Of a stretch of DNA of 64,000 nucleotides, positions 1 to 12,412 are shown in pieces. Below the pieces are notes generated by a model. That model was not told the DNA's origin. It saw only the letters and a program-made list of their open reading frames with translations, and made no database searches. Numbering within the stretch: position 1 is the stretch's first letter; each line of letters begins with the position of its first letter. This stretch comes from Octopus sinensis (lineage: Eukaryota), in NCBI RefSeq assembly GCF_006345805.1, contig NC_043004.1, forward strand, positions 82,274,001 to 82,338,000, in the 5' to 3' direction. A program made the position numbers and the translations under genes.

Positions 1-212
1 AGAGTAAATCAAAATTCCATAAAAACTATCTGTAATTCTGTATTGACTCGAATGGAAAGATGTGTCGTTCACGAAGGACTCCAGTTTGAACAATTTTCAT
101 GATGTCTCATATTCAGATGCTTTTATTAAATTCATTCAGTTATTAAACATAAATAAATCTTGGAATTAAATGATTTTGATTTGCTATCAGGGGCCTTTTG
201 GCCAACCCTGTA
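1..212 (+). mobile_element. Right end of a Tc1/mariner-superfamily DNA transposon (transposase C-terminus plus TIR)
   Basis: Frame 1 from base 1 reads RVNQNSIKTICNSVLTRMERCVVHEGLQFEQFS* (stop ends at 102), matching the typical R..C....G..FE transposase end. The element ends CCTTTTGGCCAACCCTG|TA (reverse complement CAGGGTTGGCCAAAAGG) with a TA target dinucleotide at 211-212. Confidence 0.75.
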
Positions 213-249
213 TGTGTTTCTCTCTCTCTCTCTATGTATATATATATAT

Positions 250-420
250 TGTTGAAATTTACAGAAAAACAAAAGGCGAAGACAGGTGTATAAACTACAA
301 GCGGGTGTATTAGTTTGACGCTCGGTAAAGTGAGAATCTTTCGAGCCTACGCTCTTCAGCAGAAAGGAACACGAGGAAATAAACGAAGAGAGAATAAAAT
401 AACTTGTAGATTTAGCGATC
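250..420 (-). mobile_element. Short PLE-derived repeat with a degenerate hammerhead motif
   Basis: Minus strand 338-364 reads CTGCTGA-A-GAGC-gtag-GCTC-GAAA, the same layout as the motif at 45245-45279. Confidence 0.45.
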
Positions 421-1639
421 AATCATGTAATATATATTCATATACACACAGTTTCTGCGAACCAATTTTATTAGAAAGGTATTGGTACTTGGGGCTATAG
501 ATGGAAATTCTTACCTAAGGTTTCGCGCTGTAGGATTGAACTTAAAGTCACGTAGTTGTAAACGAACTTCTTCGCCACATATCGATTCTTGAGCTTATAA
601 CAGCAACGAAATATATGTTTTAAAGTTACAGCCGTGATAGATCGTTACTTACAGATCGTTTAATATGGACAGGTTTTTTTATCTTCAAAAAATTGCTAAT
701 GTCATGTTTCAGTAAGAAATTGAACACAATGGAATTGACGTTGATAACGCTATCCATGAAGTTTATGCATATGTATTGGAATTAATATGTCGAGATATCT
801 ACGTATCAAGATAGATTAGATCATTAAAAGGTTAGAGTTATCTGGCGTGGTGATCAATCAAGCTATGTGTATGACAGAATCGATTCATTTGCTCTTTTTG
901 GTAGGTGGGAGTATAGCGCGACAAAGACCATCATATTATTGTTTAGTAACAGGTATTATGTACGTAAGACCACTAAAGCATAAGAAGCAATTAAAATCTT
1001 TACTTAGATTTGTTAATTTCTATGAATATATATTGATTCCGGCCATCATTCAGAAAATATATCAACGCTATTTATACATGGATGCATTGTCTGGGTGACC
1101 ACAAGCAATAAAAGTTAAGAATAATAAACAAAAGCACGGTATTTGCCAGACATGGTATACAAAACCATTAGATTGTGAGTGAATTTTGTGACAATGATTT
1201 GCGTACTTGAATTGATGAGATTGAATATCAATAAACGTAGACACCTTCATGCAATATAAAATACAGTAGGGAAATGAAGCAATTGTCACAAGAGTTAAAA
1301 TGAGTTTTAAAGCAAATTATCATAGAAAAGACTTGCGTCCGTTTAGGTTATCAGACAATCCACTCATTCAGAAAGAATTGTTATGCTCTGTACTCTGATG
1401 GATAGACAAATGTGAATATTGGTCACTGCCCATGTTATTACATGATACTATAGCTTTGGTCTGGTGTAGTAACAGAAGAAAAGATGAACCGCAACAAAAT
1501 AGATCTATATCTCAAACAAGATGCAAAGCAAAGTCATCCAGGACGTAATTTGAATACAGAACGTATAGAAGGATGAAATGCTCCTAAGAATTCTGTTCCC
1601 CTTTATAAGGATTCTGCTAGCTCACTACCTAAATGATGG

Positions 1640-1680
<41 letters not shown>

Positions 1681-2865
1681 TCCGAATCTAGTGAAGGCTG
1701 TAAATACTTGGGCAGTATCATTACTCTGCAGCTTTTGTAGATTGGGCAAAAACTGAATTAGCAAAGCTAGACAAAAGAACTAGGAAGGAATTCAAAATGA
1801 ATGGAGGTCTTTACTTATGGGCAGGAGTAGCAAGGTTATACCTAACTAGAAAGGAAGGCGGAAGAGGGTTAATATCAGTAGAAGACTGCGTGGAGTTAGC
1901 TAGAGTAGATACAGACTCCTATGTAGGTAACACTGAATAAAGTTTACTAAAAGCTGCTACATTCACAGGAAGGCATAGGGAAACCAAAAACCCAAACGAA
2001 GAAAAAAACCAGAAGAATAACAGAAATTATCTGAGTGAAAAGAGAAGGCGTCGCATGGTAGGTCCCCAAAGAAAGTTGCAGCAAATCGTAGTAGTGAGAC
2101 AAGGTTAGTGTTGCAGTAAGAAAAGCTGAAGAGTGAGACGGAAAGCGTGTTAGTAGCTGCACACGATCAAGCATTAAGAACTAATTGGATAAAAGCCAAG
2201 ATAGACAAAACCCAAGTAGATTTCCAATGTAGATTATGCAAATCAAAAGTGGATAGCGTTAGTCATATAGTAAGTGAATGTAGCATGCTGGCACAGAAAG
2301 AATACGAGAAAAGACATGACAATCGAAGGAGAGCAATCCAGTGGGAGCTATGTAGAAAGCTAGGATTTGAACATACTGATAAATGGTATGAAGAAGAACC
2401 AAGTAAAGTACTAGAAAGTAAGAAATATAAGATGTTATGGGAATTTAACATTCAGACTGACAGAGTAATAGAAGCTAGAAGGCCTGATTTGGTAGTAGTA
2501 GTAGATAAAGGGAATAGAAAGTGCCAGATAATTGACTTCACAGTCCCAAATGATGAAAAAATTAATGTGTGAGGTATAGAAAAAATAGTAAAGTACCAGA
2601 ACCTAGCCATTAAATTAGAGAGACTATGGAAAGTGCGGACAAAATATATCCCAGTAGTTATTGGAACTAACTCTAATGATCTAAACATCATATAGATGGA
2701 TATAGGAAATAGGCATAACACACAGTTTAGTACAGCTGCAGAAAACAGTGTTATTAGGGGACAGCTAAGATACTTAGGAGGGTTCTTAGCATCTAAGGCT
2801 ACTTGTTGTAGCACGATGTTAAGATTCTTTTTTCTTTTCCAACAGTCTAATCTGTTGAGTGTATG

Positions 2866-2924
<59 letters not shown>

Positions 2925-2925
2925 T
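1681..2925 (+). mobile_element. 5'-truncated R4/Dong-like non-LTR retrotransposon (restriction-like endonuclease type), degraded
   Basis: Thumb motifs NLVKAVNTWAV and RLYLTRKEGGRGLISVEDC. ORF 2147-2572 has a CCHC knuckle (CRLC..SHIVSEC) and RHD..RPDL...IID endonuclease motifs. Ends in a (TAA)n tail; a (GAT)n tract lies at the 5' junction. Confidence 0.85.
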
Positions 2926-2959
2926 TTTTAATTTTATTTTTATTTTTATGTATTAGACA

Positions 2960-3098
2960 TTCACTAGTACAACATCCAAAAAAAATTCTTTAAAAACCCC
3001 AAATATATGGCACAGAACTTCCAACCTGTTGTCTCTTGAGGTCTCTGGGTGAGACTTGGAGCCAACTTGTACAGACATAAAGCAAAATTCAAACATAG

Positions 3099-3130
<32 letters not shown>
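2960..3130 (+). mobile_element. 3' UTR remnant of another R4/Dong-like family
   Basis: GTCTCTTGAGGTCTCTGGGTGAGACTTGGA...GCAAAATTCAAACATA followed by (TAA)n. Homologous to 60545-60610, which follows an R4-like ORF end. Confidence 0.6.
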
Positions 3131-3156
3131 TAATAATGATAATAATGATGATGATT

Positions 3157-3195
<39 letters not shown>

Positions 3196-3200
<5 letters not shown>

Positions 3201-4850
3201 AAGAGCTGTTTACTAGAATTGACGAAAAGCTAGTAGAGTTGTTAACAATTGTTAAAGAGTTCAGCAATGACATCGGGATAAATTTTGTCCTTGATGAGTG
3301 TGCTAGAGCAACCTTTGTAAGAGGCAAGCTCAAACAAACTGCTTTTATTAAATTAGGTACCGACGTTATCTTCAAAGAGATTTGACCAACAAGAAAGTTA
3401 TGAATACTTGGGGATAAACGAAGGAGATGGTATATAACATGCTACTATGAAGGAAAAAAATAAGAAGGGAGCATTACAGGAGAGTAAGATTCATACTAAA
3501 AACTGAACTCAATTCCAAAAATCTTATCGAAGCCATTAACACCCTGGAAGTTCCAGTAGTCCAATGAACTTTTAATATCATTAACTCGGCCCTTACGTAG
3601 CTCCAACGCCTGGACAGGAAGACAAGAAAACTATTGACATGCACCACCCAAAAGCAGACGTTGATTGTCTGTATCTACCTAGAAGTGATGGGAGAAGAGG
3701 AATGATGCATGGAGAATTGTGCTATAAGACCGCCACAATAGCAATGAACAGGTACTTATCTAGTACAGAGGACTGGATGCTACGGCTTGTGTGCAAACAC
3801 GAAAGCAGTAAAAAAAAAATCACATTAGATTGTCAAGGAAAGTTGCAAATTCACAAAGGAACTTGACATTAACCCGGTATTAGATGAAGAACCCGAAACC
3901 ACTGTCACTAAACAAGCAAAATGGATCACACAGACTGCAAAAAACAAACGAGCAGAAGCAATTTGGGGAGCTGTGGAGCCAGAAGCCTCAGAATGGACAG
4001 TATATACTTCAAAGTCGAAATGCTGAAGTTGATCAAGCAACAACCTATCAGTGGATGAGAAGTTCAGAAATGAAAGCAGAGACTGAAGGTTTCATATGAG
4101 CGGCACAGGATCAAAACTCCAGGATAAAGTTCTTCAAAACGGTTCTGACCCTCGTTTCGGAATGTCCTGTGCTGACACCAAACGAGTGCAAAAATCGCCA
4201 CGATAGGGTAGGACAGTATTACATCGGAAAATATGTAAACACTACAAAATCAGCATTCCTGCTTACTAGTTCGAACACCATCCTGAGCCAGTTGTTGAAG
4301 GTAAAAATGTCACTATCCTCTGGGATTTTCCTGTCAACACTGACAGAACGATCCAGGTCACTCGATCAAGCATAATTATTAAAGACAAGGAAGAAAATAC
4401 TTGTAGACTAGTAGATGTAAGTGTTCCTACTGAGAGAAATATATCTGTAAAGGAATTTGACAAATTAAGTAAATATAAAGACTTGGAAATTGTAATACAA
4501 AACATGTGGCATCTTAAAATGAGAACTATTCCTCTTATTGTCGGTCTCCTAGGTATGAGAACAAAGGGATGTCAGAAACATCTCGATAAGATCCCTGGAG
4601 AACCATGTCTCAGAGAAATCCAAAAGACTGTGCTGACAAGTACTGCCCACATTCTTAGAAAAACCCTATCTATTTAAATGTCGGTGTTGTATTACATGAA
4701 GATATTTCGCTACTGCCCCTGCCACCCTAAGCCTTCAGTCACTGTAAAATCCCTTGTCCTTCATTCGCCCCTGGACGCTAGGCGTGTGTCGGCAACTGAT
4801 TGTAGCCAACACGCACAATAAAAGTAAAAAAAAAAAAATAATAATACTAT
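3196..4850 (+). mobile_element. 5'-truncated R4/Dong-like LINE, second family, degraded with an internal deletion
   Basis: KEFSNDIGINF, YEYLGINEGDG, KAETEGFI, RHDRVG, VDVSVP and IQKTVLTSTAHILRKTLSI* (stop at 4677), then a 3' UTR with AATAAA and an A-rich tail. Confidence 0.85.
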
Positions 4851-4854
4851 AGTC

Positions 4855-5035
4855 ATAATGCTGGGAATTTTAGAGGAGGGGATAGCCGATCACATCGACA
4901 CTAGCACTTGACTGCCAATTCATTTATCGACCCAGAAAAGATAAAGTCGACCTCGGTGGAATTTGATCTCAAAACGTAGAGATGAAATGTCGTTAAGCAA
5001 TTTGCACAGCGTACTAACGATTCTAGCTGCTCGCA
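4855..5035 (-). mobile_element. tRNA-derived SINE, OR-type (Meta-like core)
   Basis: Reverse complement reads GCGAGCAGCTAGAATCGTTAG...GAGATCAAATTCCACCGAGGTCGACTTT...GGGTCGATAAATG. Homologous to 47735-47965 and 60740-60960. Confidence 0.7.
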
Positions 5036-5227
5036 AATGACACAGGACAAATATTGCCAGAAGCAGATTCTCGAAAGGGAAAAGATATAATACAATTCAA
5101 TTCCGGAAGTTGTGACGTCATTGCTATTCAAATATTGTTGTGACAAGAAGTGAATTTCAAACATTAAATAAAAGCTCTAAAATGTCTGCTAATTCAGTGT
5201 CAGAAAATGACTATTTACTTGAATATA

Positions 5228-5335
<108 letters not shown>

Positions 5336-5658
5336 TCTACACACGCGCGCGCACACACACACACACAACACACACACACACATATGTATGTATGTATACA
5401 TAATTTTATAGTTTTAGATGAATTTATGGATTAACGACCAAACTTAAAATAATTAATGTGTTTATACACTTGCATATGTGCACGGATACACACACGCACA
5501 CATCTCTATATATAAGCGTATTTAAATACATATCTATGTAGAGACGTACATATATATGTATATATATATATGTATATATATATTTATACATATATATATA
5601 TATATATTATATATGTATGTATATATATATGTGTGTGTATATATATATATATTATATG

Positions 5659-5721
<63 letters not shown>

Positions 5722-6263
5722 TGTGTGTGTGTGTATACGCCCATATGTTCATACATCTATTTATGTACATACACGAGAGGTTGGGCTTGAGTAAAAGTAA
5801 ATAGAGAATGTTCAGTTAATTGTGATTTTATTCAACATATTCCCCTCTCAGATTCACACATTTGTGGCAGCGGTCTTCAGTTTTTCTAAGCCCTGCAAAA
5901 GAACACGGAAGGTTGGGTTTCCAGCCAGACCTTTCACGATACCCTTAAAGCAAGGAACTTTTCAGGACACACTCATATATACACATGCCTATATATACGT
6001 GTATATCCGTATACATACGTATACATACATATATATATATATGTACATATAAATATGTATATATGTATACAGGTATATATATGTATATGTATGTGTATGC
6101 GTATGTGTATGTGAGTATGCGTATGTGTGTTTATATATATATATACATGTGCAAATATATATATCCTCAATAAATCATAAGTCCGAAAGAGAAGCAGACT
6201 CTAAGCTATAGAGCAGTATTTATATAAAGATAGCTACTGACGGTTCACATGAAGCGACCCAAA

Positions 6264-6330
<67 letters not shown>

Positions 6331-6363
6331 ATCTATCTATCTATCTATCTATCTATCTACCTA

Positions 6364-6421
<58 letters not shown>

Positions 6422-6639
6422 CATATATATGCGCGTGTGTATATATATAGATAGATTGATAGATATACATATACATGTACATACATACATATATATATAT
6501 ATATACACACATATATACATGTATATTTATATATATGTATGTGTATATATATATATATAATAAATATTAGGGAATAAATCCGAACTTACAGGGAAAAATC
6601 AGATTTAGGATCGAATCCTATTTATAGTAAAATATTATC

Positions 6640-7081
6640 TCTTATTATAAAAGGCAGATTTTATCTGCCTCCCTTTGGGAGTTATACAAATCTACAATAT
6701 AGGATTTCGTCAATTACAATTTACCTAGCATTTTTGAGAGTACAATGCATCGCGTCATGCCAGGTCCAGTTTTTAAAATTTAAACTCCAATTAAGCAAAA
6801 TTTACAGAAAACTCACATTCTGGTGTGTGTGTCAAATGCTTTTCTTAGTCTGGTTTACACCACACGCAAACGCACACACACAGTGGGCAACGAATAAAAT
6901 GAAAGTAAATAGCGACAGAGTGATTTGAGGAAGACTAAACTGAAAGTATTCTGTCTATGACGCTGATAGATACATGAGTAAAATGTATGGGAAGCTAAGA
7001 GCTAAGAGTGAGTGAAAATAGCGAGAGAGAGAGTGATTTGAGGAAGACTTTCATTAAATAACCATAGTGGCTTGTGTTAGT
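6640..7081 (+). mobile_element. Helitron-like non-autonomous element, family B, copy 1
   Basis: Starts TCTTATTATAAAAGGCAG. 6640-6947 is nearly identical to 8749-9053 with the same 5' boundary. The 3' end is only weakly Helitron-like (TTAG|T). Confidence 0.45.
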
Positions 7082-7127
7082 AATAAAGTTAACATACACT
7101 CATACATACATACATACATACATACAT

Positions 7128-7158
<31 letters not shown>

Positions 7159-7447
7159 TACACACACATACATACACACACATACATACTTACACACATA
7201 CATACATACATATACATACATACATACATATACATACATACATACACACACACATACACACACACACAGTATTGAAGCTTGAGAACAATCAGATACATTT
7301 GCAACACATCTGTTGAAAATATTATTGTTCACACACATACATATACATATATACATACAGACAGACAGACAGATAGACACATACACACACACACACACAT
7401 GATCCAGCATGGCCACAACCTCAAGGCTGAAACATATAAAATAATAA

Positions 7448-7836
7448 CAGAATATAAATGTGTGCAAAGTACAAGAAATATTAATGCAGTATATGGGGAT
7501 TGGACAATAAGCGTAAGGCAGTGTCAATGGTGGTTCCAGAAATCCCGAGCCATAAACTACAGCCTAGAAGACGAGCCTCATCCTGAAAGATCTGTAGAAC
7601 TCGACAAGGACATCCTGAAAACCCTGGTGGAACAAAATCTCATCGTAACTGTTGAGGAACTAGCAGAGAAGCTTGGATTTGGTCATTCAAACATTCATTG
7701 AGACCTGTGTGCTATCGGAAAAGTCAGCAAATTGGGTCAATGGGTTCCTCACGAACTTTCCGAGTCTAATTGCATGCAGAGAGTGAATGTATGCTTTTCT
7801 TTGCTGTCACATCTCACCACTACTGCGCTATGTATA
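7448..7836 (+). pseudogene. mariner (Mos1/SETMAR-like) transposase N-terminal fragment
   Basis: RNINAVYGDWTISVRQCQWWFQK..SLEDEP..TVEELAEKLG..*..KLGQWVPHEL (WVPHEL at 7741-7758). Contains an in-frame stop and is truncated by the Helitron at 7837. Confidence 0.85.
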
Positions 7837-8480
7837 TCTATATATATATAAAACTGTAGTTGTGTGAGTGACTGTCCCCTTCGATTTAGATTCCTAACTA
7901 CTCCCACATTTTGCGGTGCAGTTTAACCACATTCGGGTAGCTTATAGTCGTGATTCATATCGAGCCCGTCTGAATATTAGCGCGCGTCTACGATGAGTCT
8001 ACGATTTTAAAAATAAGTTAACATCATTTTTTATTCCATTTTAATGCATAATTTTTCGTGTGTCGATGGCGGCGGAGTTGGCGTCCACGCTCACACCTGC
8101 ACCTGTGGGGAAGGGAGTGTAAGGAAATCAACGTCGTAATGCGTTGTCAAGGAGACCAGTGTTCTTTTAGAACAACGACTTCATGGCTTGAAGACACCAA
8201 AACAGAAATGGCTAAGAAAGCGTCTACATGAGTCTACGATAAAAAAAAAAAATTACCATCGTTTTTTTTCCATTTTTAATGCATTTTTTCGCTATTATAT
8301 AAGGAAGTAAGTAACTCTCTAAAAATGTCTACGATGAGTCAACGATTTAAAAAAAAAATTACCATCATATTTTTTTCCATTTTTAATGCATTTTTTGCTA
8401 TTTTTTTGCTATAACTCTCTAAAAATGCTTATATAGTTATTTCCCTTACAAACCCGAGCAACGCCGGGCGATACTGCTAG
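7837..8480 (+). mobile_element. Non-autonomous Helitron, family A, copy 1
   Basis: A|TC 5' end, 3' hairpin CCCG-AGCAACGC-CGGG followed by CTAG|T, inserted between A and T. Second copy at 9881-10274. Confidence 0.85.
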
Positions 8481-8483
8481 TAT

Positions 8484-8693
8484 TATATAAATTAGAGACA
8501 AAACCACTATTATGCAAATCAAACAAAGAAAGACTTAATCCAATACATAAATTAATTTATATTATTTAGTAATTCAACAATTATTAATATTAATAAATTG
8601 TTAATTATAAATAATATAAATTAATTTATGTATTGGATTAAGTCTTTCTTTGTTTGATTTGCATAATAGTGGTTTTGTCTCTAATTTATATAT
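8484..8693. repeat. About 210-bp near-perfect AT-rich palindrome (foldback element) beside (TA)n
   Basis: The outer arms of about 85 bp are exact reverse complements. The centre TTATTAATATTAATAA is self-complementary. Confidence 0.9.
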
Positions 8694-8699
8694 AATATA

Positions 8700-8748
<49 letters not shown>

Positions 8749-8751
<3 letters not shown>

Positions 8752-9053
8752 TATTATAAAAGGCAGATTTTATCTGCCTCCCTTTGGGAGTTATACAAAT
8801 CTACAATATAGGATTTCTTCAATTACAATTTACCTACCATTTTAAGAGTACAATGCATCGCGTCATGCCAGGTCCGTTTTAAAATTTAAGCTCCAATTAA
8901 GCAAAATTTACAGAAAACTCACATTCTGGTGTGTGTGTCAAATGCTTTTCTTAGTCTGGTTTACACCACACGCAAACGCACACACACAGTGGGCAACGAA
9001 TAAAATGAAAGTAAATAGCGACAGAGTGATTTGAGGAAGACTAAACTGAAAGT
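8749..9053 (+). mobile_element. Helitron-like family B, copy 2 (5' part)
   Basis: Near-identical to 6640-6947 and starts at TC directly after (TA)n. Confidence 0.45.
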
Positions 9054-9880
9054 GTTTAAACCACTACTCAAACAGAAACAAATAAATACATAACCATTTA
9101 ATCCTCACATAATTTCTTCAATTAGAATTTACCTAAGATTTTTCAGAGTACTTCAGTGGGTGATGCCATAAAAAATTTCTTTCATTTTACCACCAATTAG
9201 ACAAAATTCGAGAAAACTCAATATTTTAACATGTCACTCCGAAAGCATTGATGTACATGTGTGCGTGCGTGAGGTGTGTGTGTCATTCCTCACACACACG
9301 CATACACATACATATACAACTACATACACATACAACTACATACAAACACGGTGTGTGTTTGTTATTAGTAAAAAAGGCGCCAAAACTCAACTCACTTATC
9401 ATTCCAACACATTTGCAAAGACACACGGACGGACAGAAAAGGTAAATTGGTTTTTATTTTACTCTGTTATTATTTATTATATAATATTATATATAGATAT
9501 ATTTATATATAATTGCAGTATGAAACAGTGTTTATGTATAAACAGACGACACTTATATATAGTTACCAAGCCGCCCGAATTTACCTATTCATATTTAAAT
9601 GAGAATATCAGAGCAAATCTCTTTAGTACATTCGTGAAAACACGTATTATACTTCGTAAACACTTCAACTACAGTTTTGTACAAAAATCGAAGTGTAATT
9701 TTAATTCCGTGAATTATGGGAGATTTTTTTCCGAAATTTGTTCCTATTGTGTTTTCAAAATTTGTAATTCTGACAAAAAATGGATACGAATTTCATTATA
9801 TCAAGCAGCGAGTCAGAATTCGAAGGATTTTCTACTGAAGACCTTCATAAATCTAACTCTATGACTGAAAAAAAAAAGCA

Positions 9881-10274
9881 TCTTTATATAAGAGTGAAGT
9901 TGTGTGTCTGTCTCCTACGATTTAGATTCCTAACTACTCCCACATTTTGTGGTGCTGTTTAACCAAAAGCGGGTATCTTATAGTCGTGATTCATATCGAG
10001 CCCTTCTGGGTATTAGCGTGCGTCTACGATGAGTCTACGATTTAAAAAAATTTGCCATCATATTTTTCCATTTTAATGCATTTTTTTCGCTTTTATATAA
10101 GGGAAGTAACTCTCTAAAAATATCTACGATTTGTCAACGATTTAAAAAATAATTTACCTTAATTTTTTTCAATTTTTAATGCATTTTTTTGCTATTTTTT
10201 GGCTATAACTCTCTAAAAATGCTTATATAGTTATTTCCCTTACAAACCCGAGCAACGCCGGGCGATACTGCTAG
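9881..10274 (+). mobile_element. Non-autonomous Helitron, family A, copy 2
   Basis: A|TCTTTATATA...CCCGAGCAACGCCGGGCGATACTGCTAG|T; homologous to 7837-8480. Confidence 0.85.
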
Positions 10275-10889
10275 TATATATATATATATATATGAAGGTA
10301 TATATGTATATATATACATATATATATACACACACATACACATATGAATATCAATATCTATATCTATCTGTCTATATTTTTATATATATAAATTCTCAAA
10401 GTGCAACAGCACATTTGAAAAATGTAAATAAATAGTTAAGAACCACAAATTACTCTTCTAATAAACATCCCTAATAAAACAAAACGAAACCAAACCAAAC
10501 ACGGAACCTTCTGATTTTTCCCCACTAATTTTTATTAACCTTTTACCATACATGGGTACATTCTGCTTTTGACTTTCAATCAATAAACTTTTCACTACAT
10601 TGTAATCTAAAAATCAGATAATGAAATATATTAATGAAACTAGCCTCTAGGTGATGTTAATCTCCATTATGTGTTATTCTTCATTTTATTCACCGTCCAT
10701 TTAAAATCCCATCGGAATTTTTTTGATAGGTTTAAATCGCCATTATTTCAGCGGCCTTATGCACGTCTTCATGCGGTTTTCGTCAATAAAGTTCTTTAAT
10801 TCTTTGATATTGAGCATTAAGAATTGCTTCGATAGAATATATCCGTTTTACTATCATTTCTTTAAAATTAAATTTAACTATCAATCAAT

Positions 10890-11057
10890 AGGCGTAGAAG
10901 TGACTAGGTGGTAAGAAATTTCCTTTCTAACCACAAGGTTCCGGGTTCAGTCCCACTGTGTGGCACCTTGGACAAGTGTCTTCTACTGTAGCCTCGGACC
11001 GACCAAAGCCTTGTGAGTGGATTTGGTAGATGGAAACTGAAAGAAGCCCGTCGTATA

Positions 11058-11133
<76 letters not shown>

Positions 11134-11166
11134 CATGTGTAGATAGATAGATCGATATATATATAT

Positions 11167-11197
<31 letters not shown>

Positions 11198-12045
11198 GAT
11201 ATATATATATATATATATATAGATAGATAGATAGATAGATATGTTTCTTTATTAGCCACACACTAACCTGTAAGTAAATGTTCTGTGTCTGTGTTTGTCC
11301 CCGCAACATCGCTTGACAACCGATGCCGGTGTCTTTACGTCCCCCGTCACTTAGCTGTTCGGCAATAGAGACCGATATAATAAATTCTAGGCTTACAAAG
11401 AATAAGTCCTGGGGCCGATTTGCTCGACTAAATGCGGTGCACCAGCATGGCTGCAGTCAAATGACTGAAACAAATAAAAGAATAAATAGGCGTAGGAATG
11501 ACTAAGCGGTAAGAAATTTGCTTTCCAACCACAAGGTTCTGGGTTCGGTCCCACTGTGTGGCACCTTGGACAAGTGTTTTTAACTGTAGCCTCGATGGAT
11601 TTAGTAGACGGAAAACCGAGAAAAACCAGTCGTATATGTGTGTCCTTGTGCATGCACGTCTTTGTGTCTTTGTTTGTCCTCTACCATCGATTGACAACCG
11701 ATGTTGGAGTGTTTACGTCCTCGTGACTTAGTGGTTGGGTAAAACAGATCGATAGAATAAGTACCAGGCTTAAAAAAAGACGAGGAGTACGGAGGACGAT
11801 TCATATATGTATATATTTATGTGTATGTTTGTCTTTTTGTCTGTGTTTGTCATTCCATCACCGATTGGTAATCAGCGTTGGTGTTTACGTCCCTGTAACT
11901 TAACGGTTCGGCAACAATGAAAGATAGAATAAATACTAGGCTTTAAAAATTAAGTCCTGAGATTGATTTGTTCGCCTAATACAGTGTTCAAGGCGATGCT
12001 CCAGCATGGCTGTAGTCAAATGACTGAAACTAGTAAAAGAATGAC
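10890..12045 (+). mobile_element. Tandem cluster of OK-type tRNA-derived SINEs (two with heads, plus a 3' half)
   Basis: Heads with A-box/B-box-like sequence (TAGGTGG...GGTTCAGTCCC) at 10890 and 11489, an internal (TA)/(TG) tract, and the tail CCAGCATGGC..CAGTCAAATGACTGAAAC. Confidence 0.85.
11239..11262 (-). mobile_element. 24-nt extreme 3' end of the Tx1-like LINE, inside a (GATA)n tract
   Basis: Reverse complement TGTGTGGCTAATAAAGAAACATAT is identical to 39433-39456 and is followed by (TATC)n. Confidence 0.7.
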
Positions 12046-12048
12046 AGA

Positions 12049-12082
<34 letters not shown>

Positions 12083-12105
12083 ATTGTATGTGTGTGAATG
12101 CGTGC

Positions 12106-12177
<72 letters not shown>

Positions 12178-12377
12178 TGATAGATAGATAGATAGATAGA
12201 TAGATACATACATATTATTATATATATATTATATATATATATATATATATGTATATCTATCTATCTATCTATCTATCTGATAGATAGATGATAGATAGAA
12301 TACATACTATATATATATATATATATATATATCTATAATATATTATATATATTATGTTATCTATCTATCTATCTATC

Positions 12378-12412
<35 letters not shown>

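Noticed and set aside
840-1290. Possible degraded Gypsy integrase zinc-binding region (ARYLPDM..CD)
   Set aside because: Only a few scattered residues across stops and frames; too weak to call.
9540-9880. Possible pogo/Tigger-like end (SSSESEFEGFS)
   Set aside because: A short acidic motif only, with no recognisable TIR or catalytic motif.
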